Source: an uncultured delta proteobacterium
Lineage (GTDB): Bacteria > Desulfobacterota > Binatia > UBA9968
Length of the DNA stretch: 64,000 nt
Assembly: GCA_963745035.1 (NCBI GenBank)
Contig: CAVUVW010000015.1
Location: 1 to 64,000 of the forward strand
Direction: 5' to 3'
Part shown: positions 29,445 through 42,779 of the stretch, piece by piece
How positions within the stretch are numbered: position 1 is the first letter of the stretch
Layout: each line of letters opens with the position of its first letter
Position numbers and translations under genes: made by a program
The notes under the pieces: generated by a model
Database searches by the model: none
The model's input: the letters and a program-made list of their open reading frames with translations, nothing else
Told to the model about the DNA's origin: nothing

Positions 29445-31244
29445 ATGACTTGGGACCTCACAAGCTACTTTCCGGAATTCAACGGCGCGGAAATGCTGCG
29501 CTTCAAGGAAGCCATCCGCGCCGATGTCGCCGCATTGCACAAGGCGGCGATGGCCTTGCCGGTCTTGGACGGCTCATCAGCGGCGCAGTGGGAAGCCATT
29601 TTCTTGCGCCACGAAGACATCCTGCGACGCATGTCGCATCTCGGGTCCTACGTCGGCTGTCTCGCCTCATCGGACGCGCGCAACGAAGCGTACCTCCAAG
29701 AAGAAGCCGCGCTGGTGCGCACGCGCGCCGAGATCGCCAAGATCCGCATCGAATTCCTACGCGCCGTCAAAGAAACCAATGGCGAATCCTTCGCCGCCTT
29801 CGCGGCGCGGCCCGCGCTCAAAGGCGCAGCGAACTATCTCAACCGCCTGCGCGAGGAAGCGCAGCGCGCTATGAGCACAGAGAAGGAAGTCCTCGCCACT
29901 GATCTCGGGGTCGACGGCATGCAGGCCTGGGGTCGGCTTTACGATACGGTTTCATCCAAGCTCGAATTCGAAATGGTTTTCCCCGACGGCTCACAAAAGC
30001 TGCTGCCGATGTCGCAGCGCCGCTCGCTGCTCGATCATCCGGACCGGCGCGTGAGAAAAGCGGCGTTCGACGGCGGCAACCGAGCTTGGCAAGAAATCGA
30101 AGATACCGCGGCCGCCGCGCTCAACGCCATCGCCGGCACGCGCCTCACACTCAACCGCCACCGCGGCGTGAATCATTTCCTCGATATTGCGTTGTTTCAA
30201 GCCGCGATCAGCCGAAAAACTTTGGATGCCATGTGCGAAGCATTGATGGCGAATATCGAGATTCCGCGGCAGATCCTAAAGTTCAAAGCGAAGCTGATGG
30301 GCCGGAAGCATATCGCCTGGTACGATCTCGGCGCGCCGCTCGAATTGGCCGCTCAAGAACCCCTCTCCTGGGACAAGGCAACGGCAATGGTCGGTGAATC
30401 CTTTGCCCGCGCCTATCCGGCGCTGGGAGATTTTTTTCATCAACAGGTGATCGCGAAAAATTGGGTCGACTGGGAGCCGCGCCCGGGCAAGCGGCCCGGC
30501 GGCTTTTGCACCAGCTCCATGCTGAGCAAAGAGTCGCGCATTTTCATGACCTACAACGAATCGCTCGGCGACGTGCTGACCTTGGCGCATGAATCCGGCC
30601 ACGCGTACCACGGATTGATGATGCGCGATCTCCGACCCTATACGCGCGGCTATCCTATGACGTTGGCCGAAACCGCGTCCACTTTCGGCGAACAGGTTTT
30701 AATGAACGGCTTGCTCGACGATCCGTTGGTGACAGACGCGCAAAAAGCGCTCATTCTCGACATCGAGATCGGCCACGGCGCCATCTATCTCTTGGATATT
30801 CCGGTGCGCTACGAATTCGAAAAGGCATTCTACGAAGAGCGCGCGCAAGGTCCATTGAGCGTTTCGCGTTTGAAAGAGCTGATGATCGAGACCCAGCGGC
30901 GAATACTGGGCGACGTCTTAAAAGCTGGCGACGAAGATCCTTACTTCTGGGCGTCGAAGCTGCATTTCTACATCACCGGCCTGACTTTCTATAATTTTCC
31001 CTATACCTTCGGTTATCTCTTGAGCCGCGGTCTGTACGGCATGTTCAAGCAAGCCGGCCCGAGCTTCCTGCCTAAGTATGAAGAGTTTCTCAGACTAGCC
31101 GGCAGCGATACCGCCGAGAACGTGGTCAAGCGTACCGTGGGTCAGGACATTGAGAACCCAGATTTCTGGGGCGGAGCGATCAGGAGTCTGGAAGAACCGC
31201 TCCGTGATTTACAGGCTCTCGCGCCGAAGCTGCTAGTGACCTAG
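29445..31244 (+). CDS. pepF: Oligoendopeptidase F (M3B)
   Basis: MTWDL start, KRPGGFC, TLAHESGH (HExxH), LAETAS, FYNFPYTFG. Confidence 0.9.
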   Translation: MTWDLTSYFPEFNGAEMLRFKEAIRADVAALHKAAMALPVLDGSSAAQWEAIFLRHEDILRRMSHLGSYVGCLASSDARNEAYLQEEAALVRTRAEIAKIRIEFLRAVKETNGESFAAFAARPALKGAANYLNRLREEAQRAMSTEKEVLATDLGVDGMQAWGRLYDTVSSKLEFEMVFPDGSQKLLPMSQRRSLLDHPDRRVRKAAFDGGNRAWQEIEDTAAAALNAIAGTRLTLNRHRGVNHFLDIALFQAAISRKTLDAMCEALMANIEIPRQILKFKAKLMGRKHIAWYDLGAPLELAAQEPLSWDKATAMVGESFARAYPALGDFFHQQVIAKNWVDWEPRPGKRPGGFCTSSMLSKESRIFMTYNESLGDVLTLAHESGHAYHGLMMRDLRPYTRGYPMTLAETASTFGEQVLMNGLLDDPLVTDAQKALILDIEIGHGAIYLLDIPVRYEFEKAFYEERAQGPLSVSRLKELMIETQRRILGDVLKAGDEDPYFWASKLHFYITGLTFYNFPYTFGYLLSRGLYGMFKQAGPSFLPKYEEFLRLAGSDTAENVVKRTVGQDIENPDFWGGAIRSLEEPLRDLQALAPKLLVT

Positions 31245-31289
31245 AAGTCCTTAACTCCAAACCCGAGACACGAGACCTGAGACCTTCTT

Positions 31290-32540
31290 TCACCGGTCCC
31301 CTTCGACCAGCGCAGTGCGCACGAGATCCATCGCGTTGAGCGTCATGCGCGAGCGATCGTAGGCGCCGCGCCCGGCGGTGGCGCTTTCCCGCCTTAACAT
31401 TTTTTTTCCGTCGGTGAGCGAAACGTACGCTTGTCCGCTCGCAAGATTCTGAATCTTGCTGTTGGGATCGGCGATCGCGTGCAAAGCCAACCCGAAGTCA
31501 CAGCCCGATAGTTCACGCGCCGCCCGCGCGAGCTCATCGGTCAAAGCCACCGGATCCTTGAGCAACGCGTCGACATTCGCCGGCTCGCGGACGTTTTTCA
31601 CCAGGGCGCGAATCGAGGCCTCACTGTTGCAGATGAAGCCAGCGCCGAAGCAATCCGTGCCCGCGGTTTGCAGCCGCTCGGCCAGTTGGCCGCAGGTCAG
31701 ATCTTCGCACGTTGCAACGGTCTTCTTATGAGCGCGGAGCAGCTTACCGACGACGTGCTCCATCGTCTCATCGTCGGCGGCGAAGATGGCCGTACCGAGC
31801 AATTCCCGCACTTCGGCTTCCACCGGCGCAATCAGCTTCATGGCCTCGTCGCGATTGGCCGCCTTGGCGGCGACCCGCACATCGACTTGCCCCGGCAGCG
31901 CCAGCACCCCGACCGTGGGGTTGCTGGAGTTGGCGATAAGATGGCCGACCTTGTCATCCACCGCGCTCTCGCCGATGCCAATGATCTTCAGCACGCGGTA
32001 GTGAATCACCTCGGCGAGATTGAATTTCTTGCGCAGATACGGCTCGACTTCATTCTCGAATAGCCATTTCATTTCCACCGGCACGCCGGGAAGGGAATAA
32101 ACCACCGCGCGCGGATCTTCGACGATGAAACTCGGCGCCGTGCCATTAGGATTTTTGATCGGGATCGCGCCCTCGGGCATGTAGGACTGGCGGATATTGT
32201 TGGGCGTCATCGGCCGGCCACGGCGGCGGAAATGTTCTTCCACCTGCGATAACATCCCGGCGTCCTGGACCAACTTGCGTCCGGTCACCTCGGCGACGAT
32301 CTCTCGAGTCAAATCGTCTTGGGTCGGGCCGATGCCGCCGCTGGTAATGACGATATCGGCGCGCTCCACTGCGCGCGCGATAACTTCTTTCATCCGCACC
32401 GGGTTGTCGCCGACGACCGATTTGAAATAGAGATTGACGCCGAGCGCAGTCAATCGCTGCGCCATCCACGCCGAATTGGTATCGACGATTTGTCCCAGCA
32501 GCAACTCTGACCCGATCGCAACGATTTCTGCCGTGGCCAT
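31290..32540 (-). CDS. cinA: CinA-family protein (MocF/COG1058 domain + degenerate PncC domain)
   Basis: IGSELLLGQIVDTN, VGDN, GGIGPTQDDLT, NPNGTAP, LPGVP.EM. Confidence 0.88.
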   Translation of the reverse strand: MATAEIVAIGSELLLGQIVDTNSAWMAQRLTALGVNLYFKSVVGDNPVRMKEVIARAVERADIVITSGGIGPTQDDLTREIVAEVTGRKLVQDAGMLSQVEEHFRRRGRPMTPNNIRQSYMPEGAIPIKNPNGTAPSFIVEDPRAVVYSLPGVPVEMKWLFENEVEPYLRKKFNLAEVIHYRVLKIIGIGESAVDDKVGHLIANSSNPTVGVLALPGQVDVRVAAKAANRDEAMKLIAPVEAEVRELLGTAIFAADDETMEHVVGKLLRAHKKTVATCEDLTCGQLAERLQTAGTDCFGAGFICNSEASIRALVKNVREPANVDALLKDPVALTDELARAARELSGCDFGLALHAIADPNSKIQNLASGQAYVSLTDGKKMLRRESATAGRGAYDRSRMTLNAMDLVRTALVEGDR

Positions 32541-32655
32541 AAAATTCTCCTCGTCAGAGCCAAATTTATACCTTAGCCCGCGCGCGCGGCACAAGGTCGG
32601 CGAGGGCCAAATCGCACACTTGTCGGTTCCCGGCATCTTTGCCACAATACGCCGC

Positions 32656-33405
32656 ATGATCATCCTGCTGTCCAACGACGACGGCATTCAATCCGAAGGG
32701 CTCGTCGCGCTGGAAGACCAGCTCCGCGACGTGGGCGAGATCTACACTGTCGCGCCCGACCGAGCCCAGAGCTCGATGAGCCACGCGCTCACTTTGCATC
32801 GCCCGCTGCGCGTCTACGAGCTCGGCGAGCGCCGGCTCGCCGTCGATGGCACACCGGTCGATTGCGTGAAGCTCGCGCTCACCGGTCTTTTGCCGGTGCG
32901 ACCCGATCTCGTGATCTCGGGTATCAACAAGGGGCCCAATCTGGGCGACGATATCATCTATTCGGGCACCGTATCCGCTGCCATCGAAGGCGCCTTGCTG
33001 GGCATACCCGCCATCGCGGTTTCGCTGGTTACGTTCAAAAATTTTGATTTCCGCGCCGCCGCCGAGTTTACCGCGACTTTGGTCCAGCGCATCGCCGAGC
33101 GCGATATTCCACCCAAAACGCTTCTCAACGTGAACGTTCCGCCGGTGCCGAAGGAAGAACTCAAGGGTTGGCAAGTGACGCGCATGGGCAAGCGCCACTA
33201 CAGCGAAACCATCGTCGAGAGAATCGATCCGCGCGGCGGCAAGTATTACTGGATCGGTGGCGACGATCTCGGCTTTGCCAACGAGGACGGCACTGATTGC
33301 AATGCCGTTCAGGACGGCTACGTTTCCGTAACGCCGCTGCAAGTTGACCTCACGGACTACAAGCTACTTCATAATAGCACCCTGCCGACGTTCGCTTGGC
33401 CGTGA
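32656..33405 (+). CDS. surE: 5'/3'-nucleotidase SurE
   Basis: ILLSNDDG, DGTPVDCV, SGINKGPNLG, YSGTVSAA, SVTPL. Confidence 0.96.
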   Translation: MIILLSNDDGIQSEGLVALEDQLRDVGEIYTVAPDRAQSSMSHALTLHRPLRVYELGERRLAVDGTPVDCVKLALTGLLPVRPDLVISGINKGPNLGDDIIYSGTVSAAIEGALLGIPAIAVSLVTFKNFDFRAAAEFTATLVQRIAERDIPPKTLLNVNVPPVPKEELKGWQVTRMGKRHYSETIVERIDPRGGKYYWIGGDDLGFANEDGTDCNAVQDGYVSVTPLQVDLTDYKLLHNSTLPTFAWP

Positions 33406-33429
33406 CCGAAACGCGAACCAATAACCGAA

Positions 33430-33831
33430 ATGAGTGAGCCGCAAGCCAACACGGAAATCAGGTTGGACAAATGGCTTTGGGCGGCTCGTTTTTTCAAGAC
33501 ACGCGCCCTCGCCGCGGAAGCGGTCACGGGCGGGAAAGTCAATATCAACGGCGCGCGCACAAAACCCAGCCGCGCCATCCGTCCCGGCGACGAATTGACG
33601 ATCCGCCGCGGCTCCTACGAGTGGACGGTGATCGTCAAAGGCTCATCACGCCTACGCGGTCCGGCTTCCCAGGCGCAGCAACTCTACGAGGAAACTGAAG
33701 AAAGCAAGCGCAAGCGCGAAGCCGCGGCCGCCCAGCTGAAGCTCGAGCGCCCGACGGAGTTCGACTCACCGGGTCGCCCGTCGAAAAAAGATCGGCGCGC
33801 TATGGAGAGGTGGACGAGACGGCGCTGGTGA
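33430..33831 (+). CDS. hslR: S4-domain ribosome-associated heat shock protein Hsp15
   Basis: RLDKWLWAARFFKTRALA...GRPSKKDRR. Confidence 0.92.
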   Translation: MSEPQANTEIRLDKWLWAARFFKTRALAAEAVTGGKVNINGARTKPSRAIRPGDELTIRRGSYEWTVIVKGSSRLRGPASQAQQLYEETEESKRKREAAAAQLKLERPTEFDSPGRPSKKDRRAMERWTRRRW

Positions 33832-33904
33832 ATCTCGTTCGCGACCTGCCTTGACTTGGTACCTCCGGATGATAATGGACTAGCACGCGATTGTAAGGGG
33901 AAGA

Positions 33905-34960
33905 ATGATGCAACGACTGACGGTATCGGCCTTCGTGTTTCTCGCTCTTCTCGTCGCCGGCACGCCGCTCTTCGGCCAATCGACACCCTATTTTCAGGGC
34001 AAGACGATCATTCTAGTCCAGGGACGCGAGCCGGGCGGCACTGGCGCGCTGCGCGCGCAAGCGGCAATTCCATTCTTGAGAAAGTATCTTCCCGGCGAAC
34101 CGATCATCGTCACGCAGTTCATGCCCGGCGGCGGCGGCAGAAAAGCGGCGAATTATGTTTATAACGCTAAGCCGGATGGCCTGATCTTCGCCAACGTCGG
34201 TTCCGGTCTCATTGCCAACGCAGTGCTTGGGACCACGGGGGTGGAATACGATATCGACAAGCTTGTTTATCTCGGCGCCGCCAACAGTACGGCGCAGTAT
34301 GTTTTCGGCACTTGGTCGAAACTCGGCCTGGATAGCTTGGAGAAGCTGCGCGCGCGGCCCGGCCTGCGCATCGGCGCACAAACGGTCGGACATGACATCT
34401 ATATCAACGGCAGGCTCTTTTCCTGGCTGCTTGGTTTAAGAGAGCCAAAGTTCGTCACCGGCTATTCCGGTCCCGAAGTGGATATCGCCATGACGCGGGG
34501 CGAGGTGGACGGCCGCGCCAATATTCCGGATACCATCCTGCAAAGATCGCCCGAGTTCATCGAGAAAAAAATGATCCACTATCATGCGATCATTCAAATT
34601 CCCAAGGAGGATCGCCACCCGCATCCGGTGTTCAACAAGCTGCCCGAGCTGGAAACCTTCGCCAAAAGCGACAGAGAGCGCAAAATCATGACCATGTTTC
34701 GCACCTTCCGTTTGGTCGGATCACCCTATGTGCTTCCGCCGGGCACACCGCCCGAGATCGCCAACCAGTATCGCGAGGCCATGCGCAAGACATTTAGAGA
34801 CCCGGCGTTCATAAAGGAGTTCAAGAAACTGACCGCGGACGACGCCACTCCTCTCCTACCCGAGGCTCAAGAAAAAGCCATTAAAGATATCCCGCGCGAC
34901 TCGGAAGTGATCGCGCTATTTAATAAGCTCGCGGGCAGCGAGCCCTTGCCGGCGCGATAG
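33905..34960 (+). CDS. Tripartite tricarboxylate transporter (Bug/TctC-like) substrate-binding protein
   Basis: Signal peptide, YFQGKTI, MPGGGG, KPDGL, GYSG.E..AMTRGEVDG, PPGTP. Confidence 0.85.
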   Translation: MMQRLTVSAFVFLALLVAGTPLFGQSTPYFQGKTIILVQGREPGGTGALRAQAAIPFLRKYLPGEPIIVTQFMPGGGGRKAANYVYNAKPDGLIFANVGSGLIANAVLGTTGVEYDIDKLVYLGAANSTAQYVFGTWSKLGLDSLEKLRARPGLRIGAQTVGHDIYINGRLFSWLLGLREPKFVTGYSGPEVDIAMTRGEVDGRANIPDTILQRSPEFIEKKMIHYHAIIQIPKEDRHPHPVFNKLPELETFAKSDRERKIMTMFRTFRLVGSPYVLPPGTPPEIANQYREAMRKTFRDPAFIKEFKKLTADDATPLLPEAQEKAIKDIPRDSEVIALFNKLAGSEPLPAR

Positions 34961-35164
34961 TCAAACACGGAGCAGCGCGACTTGGTACGAGCTGGATGAA
35001 ATAGAAGCCCGCGCCGTTCGTTCCCAAAGACCGACTCAGCCAATATTCCGGCGAATTCTATGGCATTGGAATTCCGTCCCGGCTCAGTGCAGCCGGGACT
35101 TGCGCTCTACGCGCCTGATTTTGCTGAGCTTACTTAGCGAATTGTGGCGAGGTGAAATTTTTAC

Positions 35165-35912
35165 TCAGCGGAGCCGGATCGTCGCGGACTCTTGGCGCTT
35201 GAGCTCCGCCAATCCGTTCAGCACAATGCCTCGGTCCGGGACGATGTGGAACCTGTACTGCGCCGGCTCCAGCGCCGTGCTGCGCATCTTTTCGATGGTC
35301 AGACTACGCGAAAACCGGCTGTTCACCCGTTCCATCTCGAGAACGAAGGTTCCCGACACGCAGATATTCCTCGATGCCGCGCGCGTTCCGCTCGACGGCG
35401 TACGTCGTCAACAGATTCGTTGTCTTCGTGTTCGCTTGCAGGCCGTAGAATAGCCGGCGCGCCTGATCGAGCGCCCGCACGCTGGCATCGTTGTTAAAAA
35501 GCAGCGGCCCGACCGGATCGATCACCAGCCGCGTAGCGCCCAAGCGCATGATGTATGTATTCAAGTCGGTGAGAATTCTTTGTACGTCGATGCCCTTGCC
35601 CGAATCGTCCGCCTCCCGCGTGTTGAAATACGCCGAGGCGTCGAGAATGAGGAACTCCTTGGCATCGATATACGGCGCCAAGTCCCATCCGAGGGACGCC
35701 GCTTGATCGATCACATCGATGGGTTTTTCATCGATCGCCACATAGAGGCCTTTCTCCTTCGCCAACAAGCCGTTCATCAGAAACTGCAAGCCAAGAACCG
35801 TCTTGCCTGTGCCCGGCTGACCGATGACCAGATAGGTTTTGCCCTGTCGCAGCCCGCCTTCGATCAAGAGGTCGAGCCCGCCGACACCCGTCGGTATCCG
35901 CTTTGATTTCAT
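35165..35912 (-). CDS. Single-domain KaiC/RAD55-like ATPase, frameshift near 35355
   Basis: RIPTGVGGLD..EGG, GQPGTGKT, LVIDP, and RSLTIEKMRST in the second frame. Confidence 0.85.
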
Positions 35913-36266
35913 GAACATCTATTTGAAAATTGCGATCGGTAATCGGGGAGAACCCATAGTTGAATTCACGATGGACCGCGAAGATTCCGCGCGACGATCT
36001 GCGGCTTTCACAGCGACCCGGGCGTATCCATGGAACGGTCACACTGGCGGAAGCCAATTATGTGCCACGGGTCCACACCAAAAAACCCAACAATTTCGCT
36101 TACAGATTGCGTTCATACACATCTTCCAGAACCGTTTTGGCAAGCGCTGGACAATTTGGACCGTAAAGCGCTAGCAGTGGCAACCGAAGCCCAAGCCGGT
36201 TCGGCGACAGCAACACTACGGCGAGTAAGCGAAGATCCGGGTCGATTGGAACTTTTGGCAGGTTTC

Positions 36267-38692
<2,426 letters not shown>

Positions 38693-39375
38693 GGTCTTCG
38701 GTCTTCAATCGACCCGCCGATTGGCGCGCGCGAATCAATCTTTGTGATTTCCCCGGTGCGCCGAGCGGCATCACCAGCCGGCCGCCGTCGCGAAGCTGGC
38801 GCGCAAGCGGCTCGGGAATTTTCGGCGCCGCAGCCGTCACGAGGATCGCGTCGAAGGGACCTCGATCTTCCCAGCCGTAAAAGCCGTCGCCGATCTTCAA
38901 TTCGATATTCTTGAAGTCGAGCTCATCGAGAATTCTCTTGGCGCGCGCGCCGAGCGACGGGATAATCTCGATCGAGCTCACCTCCGCCGCCAAATGCGCC
39001 AGGACCGCGGTTTGATAACCCGACCCGGTGCCGATCTCCAAAACTCTATCGGTGGGCTTGAGCTCCAGCAGCTCGCTCATCAAAGCGACGATGTACGGCT
39101 GGGAAATCGTCTGGTTTTCGCCGATCGGCAGAGGCCGGTCTTCATAGGCGCGGACGCGCAGATTTTCCGGCACGAACCGATGGCGCGGCACCGCGGCCAT
39201 GGCCGCCAGCACTCTTGGATCTTTGATGCCGCGCCCGCGCAGATCGCGCTCAATCATCACGCGGCGAGCCGCGTGATAGGCGTCGGGACTCTCGCCCGGC
39301 GGTTGCTGGAGCGCGTGTCCGACGGGCGGGAGCACTTGCAAGAACAGAATCAGCGCCGGAGCAAGGTGGAAGAAT

Positions 39376-39762
39376 TCAGCCCTTTTCTTTGAATACAAAA
39401 TGGTAATACTCGTCCATGCCCATCAAGCCGTCGAGCTCGGAGTCGTTCTTCAGCCGCACTTCGATCAACCAACCTTCGCGGTACGGATCCTCGTTGATAA
39501 CCGCGGGATGATTTTCGAGATGCGGGTTCACCGCCAGAACCTTGCCCGAAACCGGCGAGATGAACTCGTGAACCGTGGACACCGATTCGACCTCGGCGAA
39601 GATTTCTCCCGCTTCGACTTGATCGCCGACGTCGGGGAGCTCGACGGAAATGATTTTTCCGAGCGCCGCTTGGAGGTAGTTGGTCACGCCCAGGTGCACG
39701 TGGCGATCTTCCACGCCGACCCACACGTGCTGTTCGCTGACTTTGACTTGCTTTTCTTCCAT
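39376..39762 (-). CDS. gcvH: Glycine cleavage H-like protein lacking the lipoyl lysine
   Basis: HVWV, LGVT, ELP.VG, SPVSG.V..VN, INEDPY.EGW; the lipoyl motif reads VESVSTV. Confidence 0.8.
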   Translation of the reverse strand: MEEKQVKVSEQHVWVGVEDRHVHLGVTNYLQAALGKIISVELPDVGDQVEAGEIFAEVESVSTVHEFISPVSGKVLAVNPHLENHPAVINEDPYREGWLIEVRLKNDSELDGLMGMDEYYHFVFKEKG

Positions 39763-39918
39763 GACCTTTTTCGAATCACTATAGGTGCTGCCGGGCGCCT
39801 GTCAAGACCATTTGCGGCGCCTCTCATCCGGCAAACTTGACAAGCTCCGCCGATTCGCAGTAGCGATAAAGCGCGGTGCGACGCAGGCGCGCGACAAGGA
39901 TTGGAACACGAGAACGCG

Positions 39919-40433
39919 ATGGACAATCAGCTCGCAACGGCATCGGCGGCGGCGATTCTAACGGGGCTCAAGAAAGCCGGCATCGACTTTATCGCCACGC
40001 TTGCCGGATGAAAAGATGCTCGAGCTTATCCGGGCGGTGGAAAGAGATCGAGATATTATCCATGTGCCGCTGTGCCGCGAGGAAGAGGGCATCGGCATTT
40101 GCGCGGGAGCCTATTTGGCGGGGCGAAAAACCGCGATCATCATGCAGAACGCCGGATTTTTGAACAGCTGCAACGCCCTCACCACTACCTCGTTACAATT
40201 TCAAATACCGCTCTTGATGTTGATTTACTATGCCGGCGACATCGGCGACCGCGGCTTCACGACCTTGGGCGCGGTCACCGAACCGGTTCTCCAGGCGATG
40301 GGCTTTCGCAGCTTCGTGCTGCGCGACCGGCAAGCTGTCGACGAAACCTTGCGCGGCGCGCAAATCTTGGCCGACGACTCCAAGCAGCCCCGTCGCGGTG
40401 CTGCTGACCAAACCCGTTCTGGGAGTGCAATGA
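39919..40433 (+). CDS. ThDP-dependent sulfopyruvate/phosphonopyruvate decarboxylase alpha-like subunit (ComD-like), frameshifted
   Basis: GLKKAGIDF, LPD, CREEEGIGICAGAYLAG, MQNAG. Confidence 0.8.
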
Positions 40434-41040
40434 TGCAGCGTTATGATTATTTGCGGACCATAGCGGGCGATGCCGGCGACGCGCTGGCGGTGTGCACTGG
40501 CTGGGCGGCGCGCGAGTGGTGGGCGCTCCGGCCCGGCGACGGCAACTTGAAAACCCGCACCCTCGGTCTGGTCTCCTCCATCGCCGCGGGGCTGGCCATC
40601 GCGCTGCCGCATCGCAAGGTGATCGCCATCGACGGCGACGGCGCCTTTCTCATGAATCTCTGCGGTCTGCCGACGATCGCGCGGCAGCGGCCCGGCAATC
40701 TTCTCCATTTGCTTTTCGATAACGAGATTTTCGAAGCCTCGGGCGGCACGGCGACCGCGTCGCGCGACTGCGACGCCGTCGCGCTGGCGAAGGGCGCAGG
40801 CTACGAGCACGCCAAGTGGGTGAGACTCGCCGGAGGAATTCCGTGCCGAATTTGCGCAAGCGGCGCGGCGCAACGAATTGACTTTGCTCGCCATGAAAGT
40901 CGAACCTGGCCAACCCGAAAATCTTCCGCCGCTGAAGCTCGACGAGATCGAAAACAAGTACCGTTTCATGCGCTACCTGGAAGCGACCGAGAAACGAGGG
41001 ACTTTTAAATCCGGGCTTCGATTCCAAGCTCGATCGCTAA
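40430..41040 (+). CDS. ThDP-dependent decarboxylase beta-like subunit (ComE-like), frameshifted near 40820 (end approximate)
   Basis: GLAIALP, IDGDGAFLMN...FDN ThDP-binding motif, IENKYRF tail. Confidence 0.78.
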
Positions 41041-42078
41041 AGAGAAGTGCCGCTGTCTACCTGGTTCGAACGCCTGCCGCCGCGCCGAGGCGGCACGCCT
41101 GCCGCTTTTAACGCTCGGGCGATTTCCGCGCGCGCCATCCTGCCGGCGTCGCGGCGCCGTAAGCCGAGCCAGTTCCATTGAGCCGGGTTTCGGCGGATCG
41201 CTGTTTCGATCACGCGCGTGTAGGCCGCGGTGGTCGCGATCACGCTTTTCTCCCGATCGTCGCGCTCCACCGGCGCGATCGGCGCGCCCACCGAGAGCAC
41301 CAGCGACTCATCCGCCCGCCTGGTAACAAACATCGGCAGTGTGATCGCCCCGGTGCGTAGCGCCAGAGTCGCCGGGCCGCGCGGCGCCGGCGCCTTCAAT
41401 CCCAAAAAATCGACCGTCACGTCGCCCGATTTGAATTCGTCGGCAATCATCAAGACGATGCGGTTGTCGCGCAGCGCCTTGAGAATGTCGCGCACCGCTT
41501 CGCGGCGCGGCTTGGCTGAAATCGTGTGAATGCCGATGCGCGTGCGATAGCCGTCGATCAGCCGGGCAAGGCGCTCGTCCGCGGGGAGCTTTCACCACCA
41601 CGCTGAACGGGAATCCCCCTGCGGCTAGGCGCGCGCCGATCATCGTGAAGCTCCCCAGATGAGCGCTGAGTGCGAGCACACCCTTGCCTTGTTCGAGCGC
41701 GCGCCGGATGTGCTCTTCCCCTTCGAGCGCGACCATGGCGCAAATTTGCTCTTTCGAATAATAGGTCACCAGCGTCGTGTCGAGCAGGACGCGCGAGAAG
41801 TTGAGCCAAGCGGCCCACACCAGCGCTTTTCTTTCCTTGACCGGCGCCTCGCGGAATACTGATGCGACGTTTTCTTCCATGCGCTGCCGATATCGCCACA
41901 GCAGCAGGTAGGTCAGACGCGCAAGGAAGCGCGTGTACCTCAGCATGATCGGCAGCCGCAGGCGCGGCACGACGTGAACCAAGGCCCGCAGCACATACTC
42001 GCCGACGCGATAGCGAAAATCATAGAGCAGTTGTCCCCCAGCTGACCTTCCGCTTCTCGGTTCCTCCTCATGTTTCAT
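41037..42078 (-). CDS. Lipid A / lysophospholipid acyltransferase (LpxL/HtrB-like), frameshift near 41590
   Basis: GEEHI..ALEQGKGVLALSAHLGSF, IADE, DFLG, GPATLALRTGA, PAQWNW. Confidence 0.8.
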
Positions 42079-42182
42079 CTATGGATTTGTTTGGGGCGAT
42101 TTTCAACCGAAATCAGCGGTCGAGGCGCAACCCTTCCGGAGCAAGGTATGGGGCCTGCGCGCTCGCAATCCGAGGGAGCGCC

Positions 42183-42725
42183 TCATCGCGAAATGAAACG
42201 GCGGCGGCGGAACGAGACCGCCGCCGCCGTGTTGGCGGAGAGATTGCGTTGGACGAGCACTACCGGCCGGCCGCTCGGCGCAAGCGCTGCCTTGTTCTTC
42301 GGCTTCGGCGGCTGACCGCCGCGCCGCGCCGTTTGCGGCGGTTCGGAAGCGAGTTGATAAACTTTGGCCGGGGCGCGCTGCGTCAGCGCGGCTTGCGTCC
42401 ACTCGGCCATCCCACGGCGGAGATAATCGGGATTTAAACCGAGTAATTCACAGACGCTGTCGAAGGCGAAGACGCTGCCGCCGCCCGGCTGCCGCACCCA
42501 CCCCTCCGCTTCTTCAAACAGCGCCTTTCCCTTGCTGTCGCGCGCGAAAAGATACTTTTGATAGCAAGCAATCGCATCCTCCAAGAGCGCCAGCATGAGC
42601 TTCTTTTCCGGCTCCAGGTGAAGCTTGCGCCGAAACGTGTCCAGATACTGCTCCGGCAGCAGCGTATCCGGTTGGAACAACGAGCTAACCCGCTCTTCCA
42701 TGCTAAGTCCTGTTTCGTAACTCAT
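42183..42725 (-). CDS. Hypothetical protein
   Basis: GGGAGG RBS; globular N-terminal part PDTLLPEQY..EPEKKLMLALLEDAI..FAFDSVCELLGL; the 3' end may be frameshifted. Confidence 0.65.
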   Translation of the reverse strand: MSYETGLSMEERVSSLFQPDTLLPEQYLDTFRRKLHLEPEKKLMLALLEDAIACYQKYLFARDSKGKALFEEAEGWVRQPGGGSVFAFDSVCELLGLNPDYLRRGMAEWTQAALTQRAPAKVYQLASEPPQTARRGGQPPKPKNKAALAPSGRPVVLVQRNLSANTAAAVSFRRRRFISR

Positions 42726-42779
42726 AAAACCACCTCCCGTTGGGGCACGGCTTGTCTCCCAGTGAATTTCTTTGCCGGT

